Positions 38,241-48,212 are shown, counted from the stretch's first letter. The stretch: DNA of 64,000 bases from a virus (IMGVR_UViG_3300028591_000076:128001-192000); one strand, 5' to 3'. Notes: generated by a model from the sequence alone, not told the origin. Numbers and translations: made by a program.

Positions 38241-39695
38241 ATGAAATGTAAGTTTTGTGGTAGAGATTCCGATTCAGAAATTTGTCATAATTGTAAAATA
38301 CTAATGTCTAAAAAACATTTTTCTGAAAATGATATGACATTGTATATGAATAAGCCCTCAATTATAAAAATAAATAATATTGACGAGCTACAATCAAATA
38401 TACTTGTGAACTCTGATAAAATAACTTTTAACTGTATAAATTGTAAAAAAGAATATACGGGTACATTTAAGCATATAAAGCAGAAAAAAGAATTATTATG
38501 TGCACAGTGTACTCTTGAAAAAAATAATTTACAAAAGTATGGAAAGAAAAATATATTTGAGACGGATGAATGTAAAAATAAAATAAAAGAGACCAATAAC
38601 TCGAAATATGGGCATGATTATTATTTACAGACGGATGAGTCTAGAAAAAAACTACAAGATAAACAGTTTAATGATGCAAAAAATAACTTAAGCCTCAAAT
38701 TACAAAACTTTAGTGATTTTACTATACTAGATAATCTTATTAGACCAAAAGGTAAAGACGGCCATTATTATTTCGCAAAGGTTAGTTGCACTTGCAAAAA
38801 GTGCGGGTCTACTTATATAACAAATATAAGACGCGCACAAAGATGTAATAAGTGTTATCCAGAAGACTGGCTTAATGGTACATCAAAACTAGAAAAATCT
38901 ATAGTAGAATATATAAGGTCTTTTTATAATGGACAAATTATAGAAAATGATAGGTCCATAATAAGTCCAAAGGAATTAGATATATACTTACCAGAAAAAA
39001 AGTTAGCAATTGAAATAGATGGTGATAAATGGCATGGATGCAATGATATTACGTTATTCAAGGACTTATTAAAAAAGGCTGGTGAAAAGCAAACTCTATG
39101 TAATAATCTAGGCATTAGACTTATTACTATAAAAGAATGTGATTATTTAGATAGACCCGAAGTTTTTAAGCGTTTTTTAATAGATGCTATTGGTGATAGA
39201 ACTAGAATATTTGCTAGACAATGTAATATTAGAGAAATATCTAAAGAAGACGCTTATAATTTTTGTGAGTACTATCATGTAAATGGATATAGAAATGGAT
39301 CTATTAAATATGGACTTTTCTATAAAAATGACCTAGTATGCGTCGCAGTTTTTGGAAGGCATCCTAAATATGAATGGGAATGTATACGTCTTTGTTATAA
39401 AACTGGAATATCAATTATCGGCGGATGGGAAAAAATTCAAAAGCACTTTGGTAAGAAGTTCTTACATTATGTAAATCTACAATATTTTATGGGTACAAAT
39501 GTTACGGGTATAGGATTTAGATTTTTAAGAAATGGTATTATTCTATCGAGAAATACATTACAAAAAAATACTCAGATTAAGAAATACTGTAATAATTATG
39601 ATGAAAATCTAAGTGATATTGAAAATTGTATAAATAATGGATTTACTGTTATTTATGACTGTGGAAATGATAGAAGAATTTACAACACTAATTAG
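38241..39695 (+). CDS. Hef-like homing endonuclease (Vsr/DUF559-like) with C-terminal GNAT-like domain
   Basis: KYG repeats and CxxC; S.LE, ELDIYLPEKKLAIEIDG..WH, GIRLITI.E; RIFARQC.IREI...F...H.NG...YGL...LV.V..F. Confidence 0.7.
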   Translation: MKCKFCGRDSDSEICHNCKILMSKKHFSENDMTLYMNKPSIIKINNIDELQSNILVNSDKITFNCINCKKEYTGTFKHIKQKKELLCAQCTLEKNNLQKYGKKNIFETDECKNKIKETNNSKYGHDYYLQTDESRKKLQDKQFNDAKNNLSLKLQNFSDFTILDNLIRPKGKDGHYYFAKVSCTCKKCGSTYITNIRRAQRCNKCYPEDWLNGTSKLEKSIVEYIRSFYNGQIIENDRSIISPKELDIYLPEKKLAIEIDGDKWHGCNDITLFKDLLKKAGEKQTLCNNLGIRLITIKECDYLDRPEVFKRFLIDAIGDRTRIFARQCNIREISKEDAYNFCEYYHVNGYRNGSIKYGLFYKNDLVCVAVFGRHPKYEWECIRLCYKTGISIIGGWEKIQKHFGKKFLHYVNLQYFMGTNVTGIGFRFLRNGIILSRNTLQKNTQIKKYCNNYDENLSDIENCINNGFTVIYDCGNDRRIYNTN

Positions 39696-39712
39696 GTTAG
39701 GAGATATAAAAA

Positions 39713-39976
39713 ATGATTTCTGTAAATACTAATAATGAAATATATAAAAAATATGCTAACAATCCTTTAGCAAAAGGATTATTTAATTATATCCTAACTG
39801 AATATCATGACCAGCCTGATGAGTTTCTAAGACATTATACTTCTTATCAAACAGCTGAAGAAATTTTGGATGAAGCATTTAATAGAACATCATTAGATGA
39901 TGCTAAGTTTGTAATTGATGATTTCTTTAGAGATATTATGAAAGAAAAAAATAAAGGCAGATATTACGGTATGTAA
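39713..39976 (+). CDS. Hypothetical protein
   Basis: SD AGGAG; CTAATT upstream. Confidence 0.6.
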   Translation: MISVNTNNEIYKKYANNPLAKGLFNYILTEYHDQPDEFLRHYTSYQTAEEILDEAFNRTSLDDAKFVIDDFFRDIMKEKNKGRYYGM

Positions 39977-40010
39977 AAAGAAATGGCATCCATTATGGAT
40001 GCCTTTATTT
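39975..40010. terminator. Bidirectional intrinsic terminator
   Basis: GGCATCCA-tta-TGGATGCC between convergent genes. Confidence 0.7.
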
Positions 40011-40036
40011 ATTTCTAGCCTTATCTTTTTAGATTT

Positions 40037-40318
40037 TTATTTGAATTCCTTAAAAATATATTGATTACTATTATCATCCTTAAATATAGCAGAACGTAAA
40101 TAGTCCTCTTCTAAATCGGGCTCAATAATATCAGACAAATAAGCTTTAATAACATTTCGTTTTTCTAAATACATAAGCATCGCTGATACTGCATAACCTT
40201 TATTTGTACCTTCTAAAGTTGGTAAATCTATATTACGAAAAACATAAGTTTGATTTTTCCTAGAAATTATATTTAATTTATACATATATAAGTCTATAAT
40301 ATAACATTTTAATATCAA
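40037..40318 (-). CDS. Hypothetical protein (start probably at the internal MYKL)
   Basis: Last ORF of a minus-strand operon. Confidence 0.5.
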   Translation of the reverse strand: MILKCYIIDLYMYKLNIISRKNQTYVFRNIDLPTLEGTNKGYAVSAMLMYLEKRNVIKAYLSDIIEPDLEEDYLRSAIFKDDNSNQYIFKEFK

Positions 40319-40820
40319 GAATTAACTTTTTAATAAAACTAAAATCTTGTTGTGCTTTACTTTCAGTATTCTTTACTAAAATGCCTTTTCCTCCCATTTT
40401 AGACCATTCTTTAACTGTCTTTTCGTAATCATCAAAAAGAATATCACCCTCTTTACAATAGGCAAACTTTTCTTTTCTAGTAGCAACTACTATTACCTTA
40501 TCTCTACTAATACCATATTTCTCAAACCATTTATATTTATTCTCAGTCATTTTTTGAGCGCATTTATCATAATCTTCCACGCTATCAAAAAATGTAATAA
40601 ATTGGTCTTTTTCTGGTAAGGCTGTTAAAACCTTAGCATAAGGATATTTTAATGTTTTCCATAGAAACGTTTTCTTTGGTTTAGCATCTATAAAGGCTCT
40701 ATCCTGATAATCCCTCATTGTTATACAAACTTCTTTTGGATCAAACCTATCCTTACAGTTCGTGGTCTTTATCCAGCCTTCAAAGTCTGATAAAACACCA
40801 TCACTATCAATATAGATCAT
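40278..40820 (-). CDS. HAD-family 5'(3')-deoxyribonucleotidase
   Basis: IYIDSDGVLSDF, VLTA, K..W, ILFDDY. Confidence 0.8.
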   Translation of the reverse strand: MIYIDSDGVLSDFEGWIKTTNCKDRFDPKEVCITMRDYQDRAFIDAKPKKTFLWKTLKYPYAKVLTALPEKDQFITFFDSVEDYDKCAQKMTENKYKWFEKYGISRDKVIVVATRKEKFAYCKEGDILFDDYEKTVKEWSKMGGKGILVKNTESKAQQDFSFIKKLILDIKMLYYRLIYV

Positions 40821-41503
40821 TAGCTCTCCATAATCTTTAAAATTTCATGAATTTTTGGTGTAATATCATTGGGTAATAAACCTTTTTCAGTCATAGTTGC
40901 AAAAAGCATATACCATGTTGATTTTGTAAGGTCCTGAACATTTTTCTCAGCTTGCGTTTGTCCCTTTCCCTGATCCGGCGCTTTCTTACCAATGCGATCA
41001 AGGTATTTTAGTGAATTTCCAATAGCATAAGCTGTAGTTGCTGTAATTGGTTTGCCTCTTAAAAAATCATCAATTTTATCAATTGTCTCATACCTACCAG
41101 AATTATAATGTTCCGGCTTTGCAACCATATCTTTTGAGTTTTTATAATCATCCATAGACTTTTTAGCTTTTGGTTCTTTTACATGCTTTTTTGTAAAATT
41201 ATCAATTTCATCATCTCTTGTTAAATCTACTATAGCATTAATACTTGATGAGTCTAGCGTTGGTAATTCTTCTTTACTATTATTATTCATTGCTTTATCT
41301 AACTCCTCCTTAGGTATCTCTACTGATGGACTAGGCTTATTTTCATCTATTTCTTCTACATAATACCCAGACTTCTCAACTTTCTTTACTAAATCCTCAG
41401 GCCATTTTGATTTTTCCTGAGAAAGAGTAGACTCAATTTTTCCATCTACCCAAACCTTTTGAAATAATGTATCTGTCTTATCCCAATATTCCAACTTTTT
41501 CAA
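40820..41503 (-). CDS. DUF3310 (T7 gp1.7-like) domain protein with N-terminal extension
   Basis: DMV..P.HY..G..E.ID, GN.LKY..R.GKK, DL.K..WY. Confidence 0.75.
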   Translation of the reverse strand: MKKLEYWDKTDTLFQKVWVDGKIESTLSQEKSKWPEDLVKKVEKSGYYVEEIDENKPSPSVEIPKEELDKAMNNNSKEELPTLDSSSINAIVDLTRDDEIDNFTKKHVKEPKAKKSMDDYKNSKDMVAKPEHYNSGRYETIDKIDDFLRGKPITATTAYAIGNSLKYLDRIGKKAPDQGKGQTQAEKNVQDLTKSTWYMLFATMTEKGLLPNDITPKIHEILKIMES

Positions 41504-41542
41504 TTTATATTATACTCCTATATATTTTTAAAAATTAACAGT

Positions 41543-42097
41543 TTAAATAAAATAATTATTAGCAATACTAACAAAATTATTTTTTATACATACTGTATCA
41601 CCATAAAAACACTTTCGGTTTGAATTAAATATACTCTTACGCGAAATCGTACCCGCAGCAATTACAGGTACTAATACAGATAAAATACAGTCTTCATCTA
41701 TTGATAAACTAATCCTCTTATTTATAGATTCAAGTCTATTGTAAGGATTGAGCGTTGGCTTAAGTATATAGTCACTAAAACAATCTCTGGCAGTCTGCAT
41801 AGCAAAAAAATTACCACTTGAGGCATTAAATAACTTTTTTATAAATTCAATACAAGTTTCACAAAAAAAATTTTCTTCAGTTGTATTAAATTCTTCAAAT
41901 AGATCCTTTACCTGAGCTTCATTTAAGTTCTTCACATAGCTAACTTCATTTATCATAAGAATTTTTGATTCTAATAGCCTTTGACCAGAAAAATTTAATT
42001 CTAGCTCTTTAATAATATCATAGCCTAAGGTCGACATAAGTCTAGAATCAATATTATCTATATACTTATAGTCTACCGGCATTATATAATCAATCAT
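41543..42097 (-). CDS. Hypothetical protein
   Basis: Overlaps the nrdG stop. Confidence 0.55.
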   Translation of the reverse strand: MIDYIMPVDYKYIDNIDSRLMSTLGYDIIKELELNFSGQRLLESKILMINEVSYVKNLNEAQVKDLFEEFNTTEENFFCETCIEFIKKLFNASSGNFFAMQTARDCFSDYILKPTLNPYNRLESINKRISLSIDEDCILSVLVPVIAAGTISRKSIFNSNRKCFYGDTVCIKNNFVSIANNYFI

Positions 42098-42602
42098 ATG
42101 ATATATCCCGTTCTATTTTTCCATCCTTAAGCAAAAGAACCCTCTGATTAGATGATCCACGTAATTTAAGTCTAGTATCTCTTAAAGATTCTATATAAGG
42201 ACCATCTATTAAATATTTTACATGACTTAAAATATAATTTATATTATCATCCTGTTCAGCTATTAGTTCTTCATATGTAGAACCAGACCATATATAAATT
42301 ACTAAATCTGGAATAGCCTCAAGAACTTTTTTTATAATATATGCACAATCTTCCCTATTTTCCTTCATAAAGGGCTCTCCGCCCAAAATAGAAAGGTCTC
42401 GCTTAACATTATTTTTTGTCAATGCGCTCAAAATATCATTAACTACATCATCATTATCTCTTATAGGCGCTTTTGTAACATCCCATAATTCGCTGTTCTG
42501 GCATCCACTACAAAAGTGGCAACAGCCAAAAAACCATAAAGATACACAAATACCAGAAACACTATCAGCTATATCATTCTCTAACAAATTTGCAAAATTC
42601 AT
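42090..42602 (-). CDS. nrdG: Anaerobic ribonucleotide reductase activase
   Basis: GC.H.C.GC.N radical-SAM motif, ILGGEP, IDGPY, LRGSSNQR. Confidence 0.93.
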   Translation of the reverse strand: MNFANLLENDIADSVSGICVSLWFFGCCHFCSGCQNSELWDVTKAPIRDNDDVVNDILSALTKNNVKRDLSILGGEPFMKENREDCAYIIKKVLEAIPDLVIYIWSGSTYEELIAEQDDNINYILSHVKYLIDGPYIESLRDTRLKLRGSSNQRVLLLKDGKIERDISYD

Positions 42603-42621
42603 ATTATTAATAATAACAAAG

Positions 42622-44460
42622 CTAGATATAGGATATTAAAACAACATATTCATTATTTGAGCCAAAATGACTTTTATTTGTTAAAGTCTCTACAATTTTA
42701 TCTTTATATTTTTCAGTTTCATCAACTACGAATAGGTATCTTTTACATTTATATTTTTCAATACAAATATCAATCCATTCATCACAAGATTTCTCAATTT
42801 CATTCTTGTCTTTGGACCAATGCTCTTTTCCTCCATATGGAGGACAAGTAAATAAACAAGTATTATTGCCAAAGTCATATCCTTTTGACCTTAAGATATC
42901 TTGTATAACTACAAAATTCGAGCCTTGCATATTTATATATCTTAAAATCTCATTTGACTCTCTTACATGGTCTTCATTTATATCTTGGCCAAAATAATCC
43001 TTACCACATCTAATTGTGCCGAGCATTCTTCCACTAAAGCCAGAAAATGGATCAAATATTGAGTCACAGTCATTTAAGTATTTTTTAATAAGGTCCTCTG
43101 CTAATTTTGGCTTAAATACTGTAACTTTATTTGCTATTCTAGTTACATTAAAACCTTGCAAAATATCGGAAGGCCTACAATGACCCTTATATTTTAATCT
43201 ATTAAGCGCAACCTTCTTAATTATATTTTTATCTTCCCAAGCTTCTCTAGGGGAAATCTTACCTTCTCTAGTAGCATCATAGATAGACTTATGAAAATGA
43301 TGTATTAAGCCCATATCTGTTGTATCTGATAAATCTGAGTTAAGATAAGGAAATGGTAAGTCAACTAAAAATAAGTCAATATAGTCTTTTGTATATTTAT
43401 TATTGACATACTGTAATATTGGCTTTATATCATTTTCTGTAAAAAATACAACATTATTATCAAGCGCACATTGATGTTTTGCTTCAAACTTATCATCTAG
43501 GCTTCTATCAAATGGATTTATCATTTTTCCATTAATATCACCATTTTCAAAAAATTGTGTACCTTTTATTTCAATAAGAGACCCGTTATATTTAAAGTCG
43601 GGATAATACATATATTCAGTATCATTATAATAATATACAAAAGGGTCTTGTACTCTAGATATATCTAAATTATTATCTTTCGCATAAATCCATAAGGCTA
43701 ACTCCCAACTTGAATCAAAGTACTCGCCATCATAAAGATACTTCTTATATCTCTTATACTGAAAATCTACAGTTTGTGAATAAGATGGAACGCCATATTT
43801 TTCTAAACAGGTTTGCCTTGCTTTTTCACGAATAATATTAGACTGCATAACATTAGATACACCATACCTATGTGAAATACTTTCTTTACTTCTATCCTTA
43901 AATTCTTGAGTATGCATATAACTCTCTTCATTATATCGCTGTTTACAAGTATCTATTGCTTTAAGTCTATTATTATAATATGGGTCATTATATAATTCTA
44001 ATTTAGTCTTTTTAGATTTTTCTATATTTTCATTATAACAATTTTCTACACTACCAAAATTACGTATTTTAGTTTCTTTTGCTGCTTCCTTAAATGAATC
44101 AGACTTAACATATGCATCTACACCATATTTTTCTAAACAAGTATTTCTAGCTTTATCCGAATTTACATAATGTGGATTATTATATTTTTCTATTTTTGTT
44201 TTAGCACTTTTTTCTTTTATACTATTCAACTTAAAAACATTAGTAACACCATACCTTTCTTTACATGTTTCTTTTACTTTTGTAGACATAATTTGTAGAG
44301 TACAATGTCTACAATATGGAGACCTCTTATATGCTTTTATAGATTTAATTGTTTCAACTGAACAATTAGAACAATTAAATATAACTTTTTGTAAGGGCCG
44401 CCAATCATCAATATTAGAAGGTAATAATATTGGCTCACTTGAAAAATTTAATTTTTTCAT
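42622..44460 (-). CDS. Paralogue of 4087..5754: repeats + PD-(D/E)XK nuclease + amino-DNA methyltransferase
   Basis: TCxExYGV repeats; FDSSWE, YYPDF, IEIKG; DPFSGFSG; FTCPPY. Confidence 0.75.
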   Translation of the reverse strand: MKKLNFSSEPILLPSNIDDWRPLQKVIFNCSNCSVETIKSIKAYKRSPYCRHCTLQIMSTKVKETCKERYGVTNVFKLNSIKEKSAKTKIEKYNNPHYVNSDKARNTCLEKYGVDAYVKSDSFKEAAKETKIRNFGSVENCYNENIEKSKKTKLELYNDPYYNNRLKAIDTCKQRYNEESYMHTQEFKDRSKESISHRYGVSNVMQSNIIREKARQTCLEKYGVPSYSQTVDFQYKRYKKYLYDGEYFDSSWELALWIYAKDNNLDISRVQDPFVYYYNDTEYMYYPDFKYNGSLIEIKGTQFFENGDINGKMINPFDRSLDDKFEAKHQCALDNNVVFFTENDIKPILQYVNNKYTKDYIDLFLVDLPFPYLNSDLSDTTDMGLIHHFHKSIYDATREGKISPREAWEDKNIIKKVALNRLKYKGHCRPSDILQGFNVTRIANKVTVFKPKLAEDLIKKYLNDCDSIFDPFSGFSGRMLGTIRCGKDYFGQDINEDHVRESNEILRYINMQGSNFVVIQDILRSKGYDFGNNTCLFTCPPYGGKEHWSKDKNEIEKSCDEWIDICIEKYKCKRYLFVVDETEKYKDKIVETLTNKSHFGSNNEYVVLISYI

Positions 44461-44477
44461 AAATAAATATTAACTAT

Positions 44478-44508
44478 AAAAAAAGACTAGCATAAATGCT
44501 AGTCTTTT
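44478..44508 (-). terminator. Intrinsic terminator after nrdD
   Basis: AAAAGACTAGCA-taaa-TGCTAGTCTTTT. Confidence 0.75.
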
Positions 44509-44528
44509 ATATTTAGATTATATTATCC

Positions 44529-45647
44529 TTAAGCTTTCGCTTTAATCCAATTTTTCAAATTATTAACATGCACGTAGCGGTCTTTCTTTTCCATTCGCTT
44601 ACCCTGATTAAAATGGGAAACTTTTGTACTAAGATATCCTGTAATTCTTGCATAATCATTTATATATTTTTCATGATTTGCACCGCACTGTGGACAGTCT
44701 TCATCATCTTTTATATAGCCAGAATAACCACATTGCGTACAGTCTGAAAACAGTACATTTAAGGCAAAATATGGCACGTCTTTTTCCATTGCATAATCTA
44801 CAATTTGTTCTAAGGCTTCAAGATTATTTACTGCATTATCGCCAATTTCTACATATGTAATACAGCCTGCAATAGAATATCCGGTAAGTTGGCTTTCTAT
44901 ATCAATCTTTTCAAATGGTGAAATTTCTTTCCAAACTGGAACATGAATACTATTTGTAAAATATCCTCTAGGAACAAGCTTACCATTCTGGTCTCTATAT
45001 GCATTTACATTTTCAATAAGTCCATATTTCTTTGTAAATTTATTAAATGATGTAAGGCATAAAGACTCGGCGGGAGTATAGTAAACACCAAAGTTAAGCT
45101 TATAATTTTCCTTATACTCTTTACACTTTTTCTGGAAAAGCTCTTCTATTCGTTTTGCTAATGCCATTCCTTTAGGGTCTGTATGGTCATGACCAATAAG
45201 AATTTGAAGAGTCTCTGCTAGACCAATTTGGCCAATAGCTAAAGTTCCATGTTTTAATACGCCACGAATACCTTCTTTTTCAAACTCGTCATTATACGAG
45301 AAGAAAGTACCATTTGTATACATAAAATCGGCAGAAGCTGGGTCCTGTGAACAAATCCAATCAAATCTCTCGAGAAGCTCATCTTTACAGTCACCGATTG
45401 CTTTTTCAAGAATATCCATGAAATAGTCTACTACATAATCATTAGCATCATCTTTCTCAGCTTTTCTTTTTGCTTCCATAGCTAATGTTGGAAGAATAAC
45501 TGTTGCTGGCGCAATATTACCTCTTCCATCTTTCATATGTGATGATGTTATTGGCGCTTCTGGTATATCTTCCCCATTTATTAATGCTTTTATCGATCTC
45601 TCAAAGTCTGCTTTCCAATTTATATCCCATCCACTATAAGTTCTACA
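44529..45647 (-). CDS. nrdD: Anaerobic RNR C-terminal subunit, exon 2 (begins CRTYSG)
   Basis: GRGNIAP.T..LP, GTLAIG..GLAE, TPAES, YFTNS.H, CxxC..CxxC, RITGYL glycyl-radical loop. Confidence 0.92.
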   Translation of the reverse strand, partial: CRTYSGWDINWKADFERSIKALINGEDIPEAPITSSHMKDGRGNIAPATVILPTLAMEAKRKAEKDDANDYVVDYFMDILEKAIGDCKDELLERFDWICSQDPASADFMYTNGTFFSYNDEFEKEGIRGVLKHGTLAIGQIGLAETLQILIGHDHTDPKGMALAKRIEELFQKKCKEYKENYKLNFGVYYTPAESLCLTSFNKFTKKYGLIENVNAYRDQNGKLVPRGYFTNSIHVPVWKEISPFEKIDIESQLTGYSIAGCITYVEIGDNAVNNLEALEQIVDYAMEKDVPYFALNVLFSDCTQCGYSGYIKDDEDCPQCGANHEKYINDYARITGYLSTKVSHFNQGKRMEKKDRYVHVNNLKNWIKAKA

Positions 45648-46708
45648 CGTTTTTACCAAATGTTACCATCTGAACTGACTATATCTTCCGTTTAATGAAA
45701 AAACGGTCTTCTGTTTCGAGACGCGCTAATCCCGTCCCTACTTGGCTACACTCATCACCAATAGTCGATACACATTTAGAAACTAAAATGAAACAAGCCA
45801 ACCATTTATTATAGCGCCATTTAATAATGCGCCTGACTGCCTACAGCTATATCCTAAAAAATTCATTGCTAGATGTTTTGATGGAAATTCTTTTAATTCA
45901 TCACCTTTTTTAAGAATAACTCTTGTACCTCTTCGTCTTGATAAAGAATTATTTTCAAAAGAGTCTATGTATTCATTATTCTCAAGAGCAAACAGCCACT
46001 CATTTCTCCACAAACTTAAACACTTATTATTTACACGGCTCATAATTACATTTTTATTTTTTATATTAAAAAAGTTAAGACACTCCGTAATAGTATCAAA
46101 ATAATGTTCTTCATTTGTTAAGACAGACTTACATTTTATCTGCTTACTAGCGCCGTTATTTCTGCCAGAATTAGATTTCGATATTTTCGATTTAATATCT
46201 CCCATCTCTTTTGGACTTTTATTTAAGTATGTATTTCCACCTTCGCCACCTAAGGCTGAATTATAACCAAAGTTGTTATCAGTTGACTTATAAAAACTTA
46301 TCCAATATCGTTCTTTTTCATTCAAGTCTTGCTGGCTATTTGCTTCATCTATTTTCTCAATTTTAAAAGCGTCTCTACCATATTTTTTAATAGCCCGTTG
46401 AAAATGTATTGTAGGATTTTCCGATCTTTCAGCATCTCTTATATGCCTTTCAAATCGTGACTCCATAGTTCTTATTGTCTGTCCAATATAAACTTTGTTA
46501 TTAACTGTGCAGGTAATCTTGTAAATAATTCCGTTCATTTTGTCTCCTTTAGCACGGTCTCATCCTAGAAGGACCTAACCGTTAGCCATACTAATTTAAT
46601 TAGTTGTAGAACCTTTAATTGTATTATTAAACGTTCTGCAATAACCTTTTGTATGACACCCCTTTAGCATAGGTTAAGAAGATTTTATATGAGCTATAGT
46701 TTACACTT
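45648..46708 (-). mobile_element. Group I intron (IA-like) carrying a GIY-YIG endonuclease
   Basis: 5' exon ends ATGGGT, pairing with intron GCTCAT (U.G at the splice site); CTATA can pair with 3' exon TGTAG (P10); P7 strands ATCGACTA and AAGATATAGTC; terminal G before TGT; splicing restores STMG|CRT in frame. Confidence 0.92.
45783..46538 (-). CDS. Intron-encoded GIY-YIG homing endonuclease
   Basis: GIIYKIT...NNKVYIGQT...RF..H, E..WI, GYN...GG; NUMOD1-like C-terminal repeats; SD AAGGAG. Confidence 0.9.
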   Translation of the reverse strand: MNGIIYKITCTVNNKVYIGQTIRTMESRFERHIRDAERSENPTIHFQRAIKKYGRDAFKIEKIDEANSQQDLNEKERYWISFYKSTDNNFGYNSALGGEGGNTYLNKSPKEMGDIKSKISKSNSGRNNGASKQIKCKSVLTNEEHYFDTITECLNFFNIKNKNVIMSRVNNKCLSLWRNEWLFALENNEYIDSFENNSLSRRRGTRVILKKGDELKEFPSKHLAMNFLGYSCRQSGALLNGAIINGWLVSF

Positions 46709-46762
46709 ACCCATAGTGCTAGGAATTGTCCGAGGATCAAATTCTCTAGCCTTAAGTTTCAT
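46709..46762 (-). CDS. nrdD: Anaerobic RNR C-terminal subunit, exon 1 (MKLKAREFDPRTIPSTMG); absent from the ORF track
   Basis: 18 codons with own ATG and SD AGGAG; supplies the conserved DPRT..STMG before the catalytic Cys. Confidence 0.85.
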
Positions 46763-46781
46763 TCTATATTTTCACTCCTAT

Positions 46782-48212
46782 TTATTCAACAATATCAATT
46801 CCTAAAATATCGCTTAATTTAGGATCCTTCTGTATTCTTTCAATAAGTTTCTGTTGTTGTTCTTCTGTTAAAGAATTCAAAAACTTATTTTTATAATCCG
46901 CATCATTCCATCCAGCGTCCTGACTCCAGTCACAGTTAACATAGTTAGGGTACATTCTCATAGATGTACATTTTATAGCATGTTTATAAAGGTCATAATT
47001 TGGTGATCCCTTATCATTTACGCCTTTCATCTTCTGGAAAATCTGACAAGGGAAAATTGATGTTTGTCCATTACCCGTGCCTCTAATAGTTGCGTCAAGA
47101 ATTGCGCGAATAATAATACGGCCTTCTGGAAGCGTACATGTACCGTAGTTAATAGAGCTAAATGGTAACTGATTACCTGAGCGGGACTGAAGAGAATTCA
47201 AATTATGAAGCATACCTTCTGCGCCTTGTTTAGCTTCCTGAATTGTATCAAATACGGCAGATTGTCTTAATTTAGGGTCTAACTTTTTATTATCAAAAGT
47301 AAAGTCTTCTTTTTTCAAGCCCATTCTATCGAGATACTCTTTCTTATGTTCATTTATCCAGTCTTCTAGCTTATTTCTCCATACGCCAGACTCATCCTTA
47401 TAATCTTTAAACATAAGGTCTGGTAAATCTAGTGTTTCAAATTCGTCTGTAGTTTTTAAGTAAGCAATAATATAATGCTTCATAAAAGACTTACGAACAT
47501 AAGGTACTAATGTCCAGTCTATATGAGTAGCTGCAACACCACCAAACTGTTGTAAAGACTGTAACTGAAAATATACTGCAATAAGCTGAAATGCAGTGTT
47601 AACTGATCCTGCTGGTCTAATAATAGTTTGTCTAGTCTTAACACATTTTGATAGAAGCTCGTCCATTGGAACTGAAAGACAATTATGCATACCTAGAATA
47701 TATGAATCTAGGTCATGAATATAAACTCTATTATTAATATGATTTTTGGCAAATCTTGGAGATATATAATAATTTAATGCATGCTCTTTTAAAAAGGCCG
47801 AGTCCATTTCTCCTTTACGGCCACCAAAAGAAAACTCATCAAGATTTGCATTTTGATGTTCTCCACCGTCAGATTTCTTCACTAGAAGCTTTGATTCCAT
47901 AACGCCAACGAGTGGTAATCTCTTAAATCTAGCAGCATCTCTTTCTTGACGGTATGTCATATATTGACGTGCAACTTCAAAACAGTTATTCTTCATAAGG
48001 GCATTTTCTACTGCCTTATGAACATCTACAACATCTACATCCGCATTTTCATCCGTATTTTTCTTTAGAAAAGACAAAGCTGTTGATACAACTTTTTCAA
48101 TCTTTTCATCATCTAGCTTAACTTCAACTTTAGAATTAGCTTTTTTTATAGCTCTAAATATTTTCTGTGGGTCAAAGTCTTGCTTTTTTCCATCTCTTTT
48201 AATGACTCTCAT
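46782..48212 (-). CDS. nrdD: Anaerobic RNR N-terminal subunit
   Basis: ATP cone (VIKRDG...FD..KI), NANLDE.SFGG, YIHDLD, HNC, QFGG, HNLNSLQSRSGNQLPFSSINYG, IFP, RMYPNY. Confidence 0.93.
   Translation of the reverse strand: MRVIKRDGKKQDFDPQKIFRAIKKANSKVEVKLDDEKIEKVVSTALSFLKKNTDENADVDVVDVHKAVENALMKNNCFEVARQYMTYRQERDAARFKRLPLVGVMESKLLVKKSDGGEHQNANLDEFSFGGRKGEMDSAFLKEHALNYYISPRFAKNHINNRVYIHDLDSYILGMHNCLSVPMDELLSKCVKTRQTIIRPAGSVNTAFQLIAVYFQLQSLQQFGGVAATHIDWTLVPYVRKSFMKHYIIAYLKTTDEFETLDLPDLMFKDYKDESGVWRNKLEDWINEHKKEYLDRMGLKKEDFTFDNKKLDPKLRQSAVFDTIQEAKQGAEGMLHNLNSLQSRSGNQLPFSSINYGTCTLPEGRIIIRAILDATIRGTGNGQTSIFPCQIFQKMKGVNDKGSPNYDLYKHAIKCTSMRMYPNYVNCDWSQDAGWNDADYKNKFLNSLTEEQQQKLIERIQKDPKLSDILGIDIVE

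Noticed and set aside
45648-45659. ORF-track start MVKT for the nrdD C-terminal part
   Set aside because: These codons lie in the intron 3' end; the true N-terminus comes from the exon at 46709..46762.
46763-46787. T4 gene 60-like translational bypass or stop read-through joining the nrdD halves
   Set aside because: No GAA landing codon matching the take-off codon lies in the downstream frame within the gap, the halves are in different frames, and a clear SD plus ATG is present.
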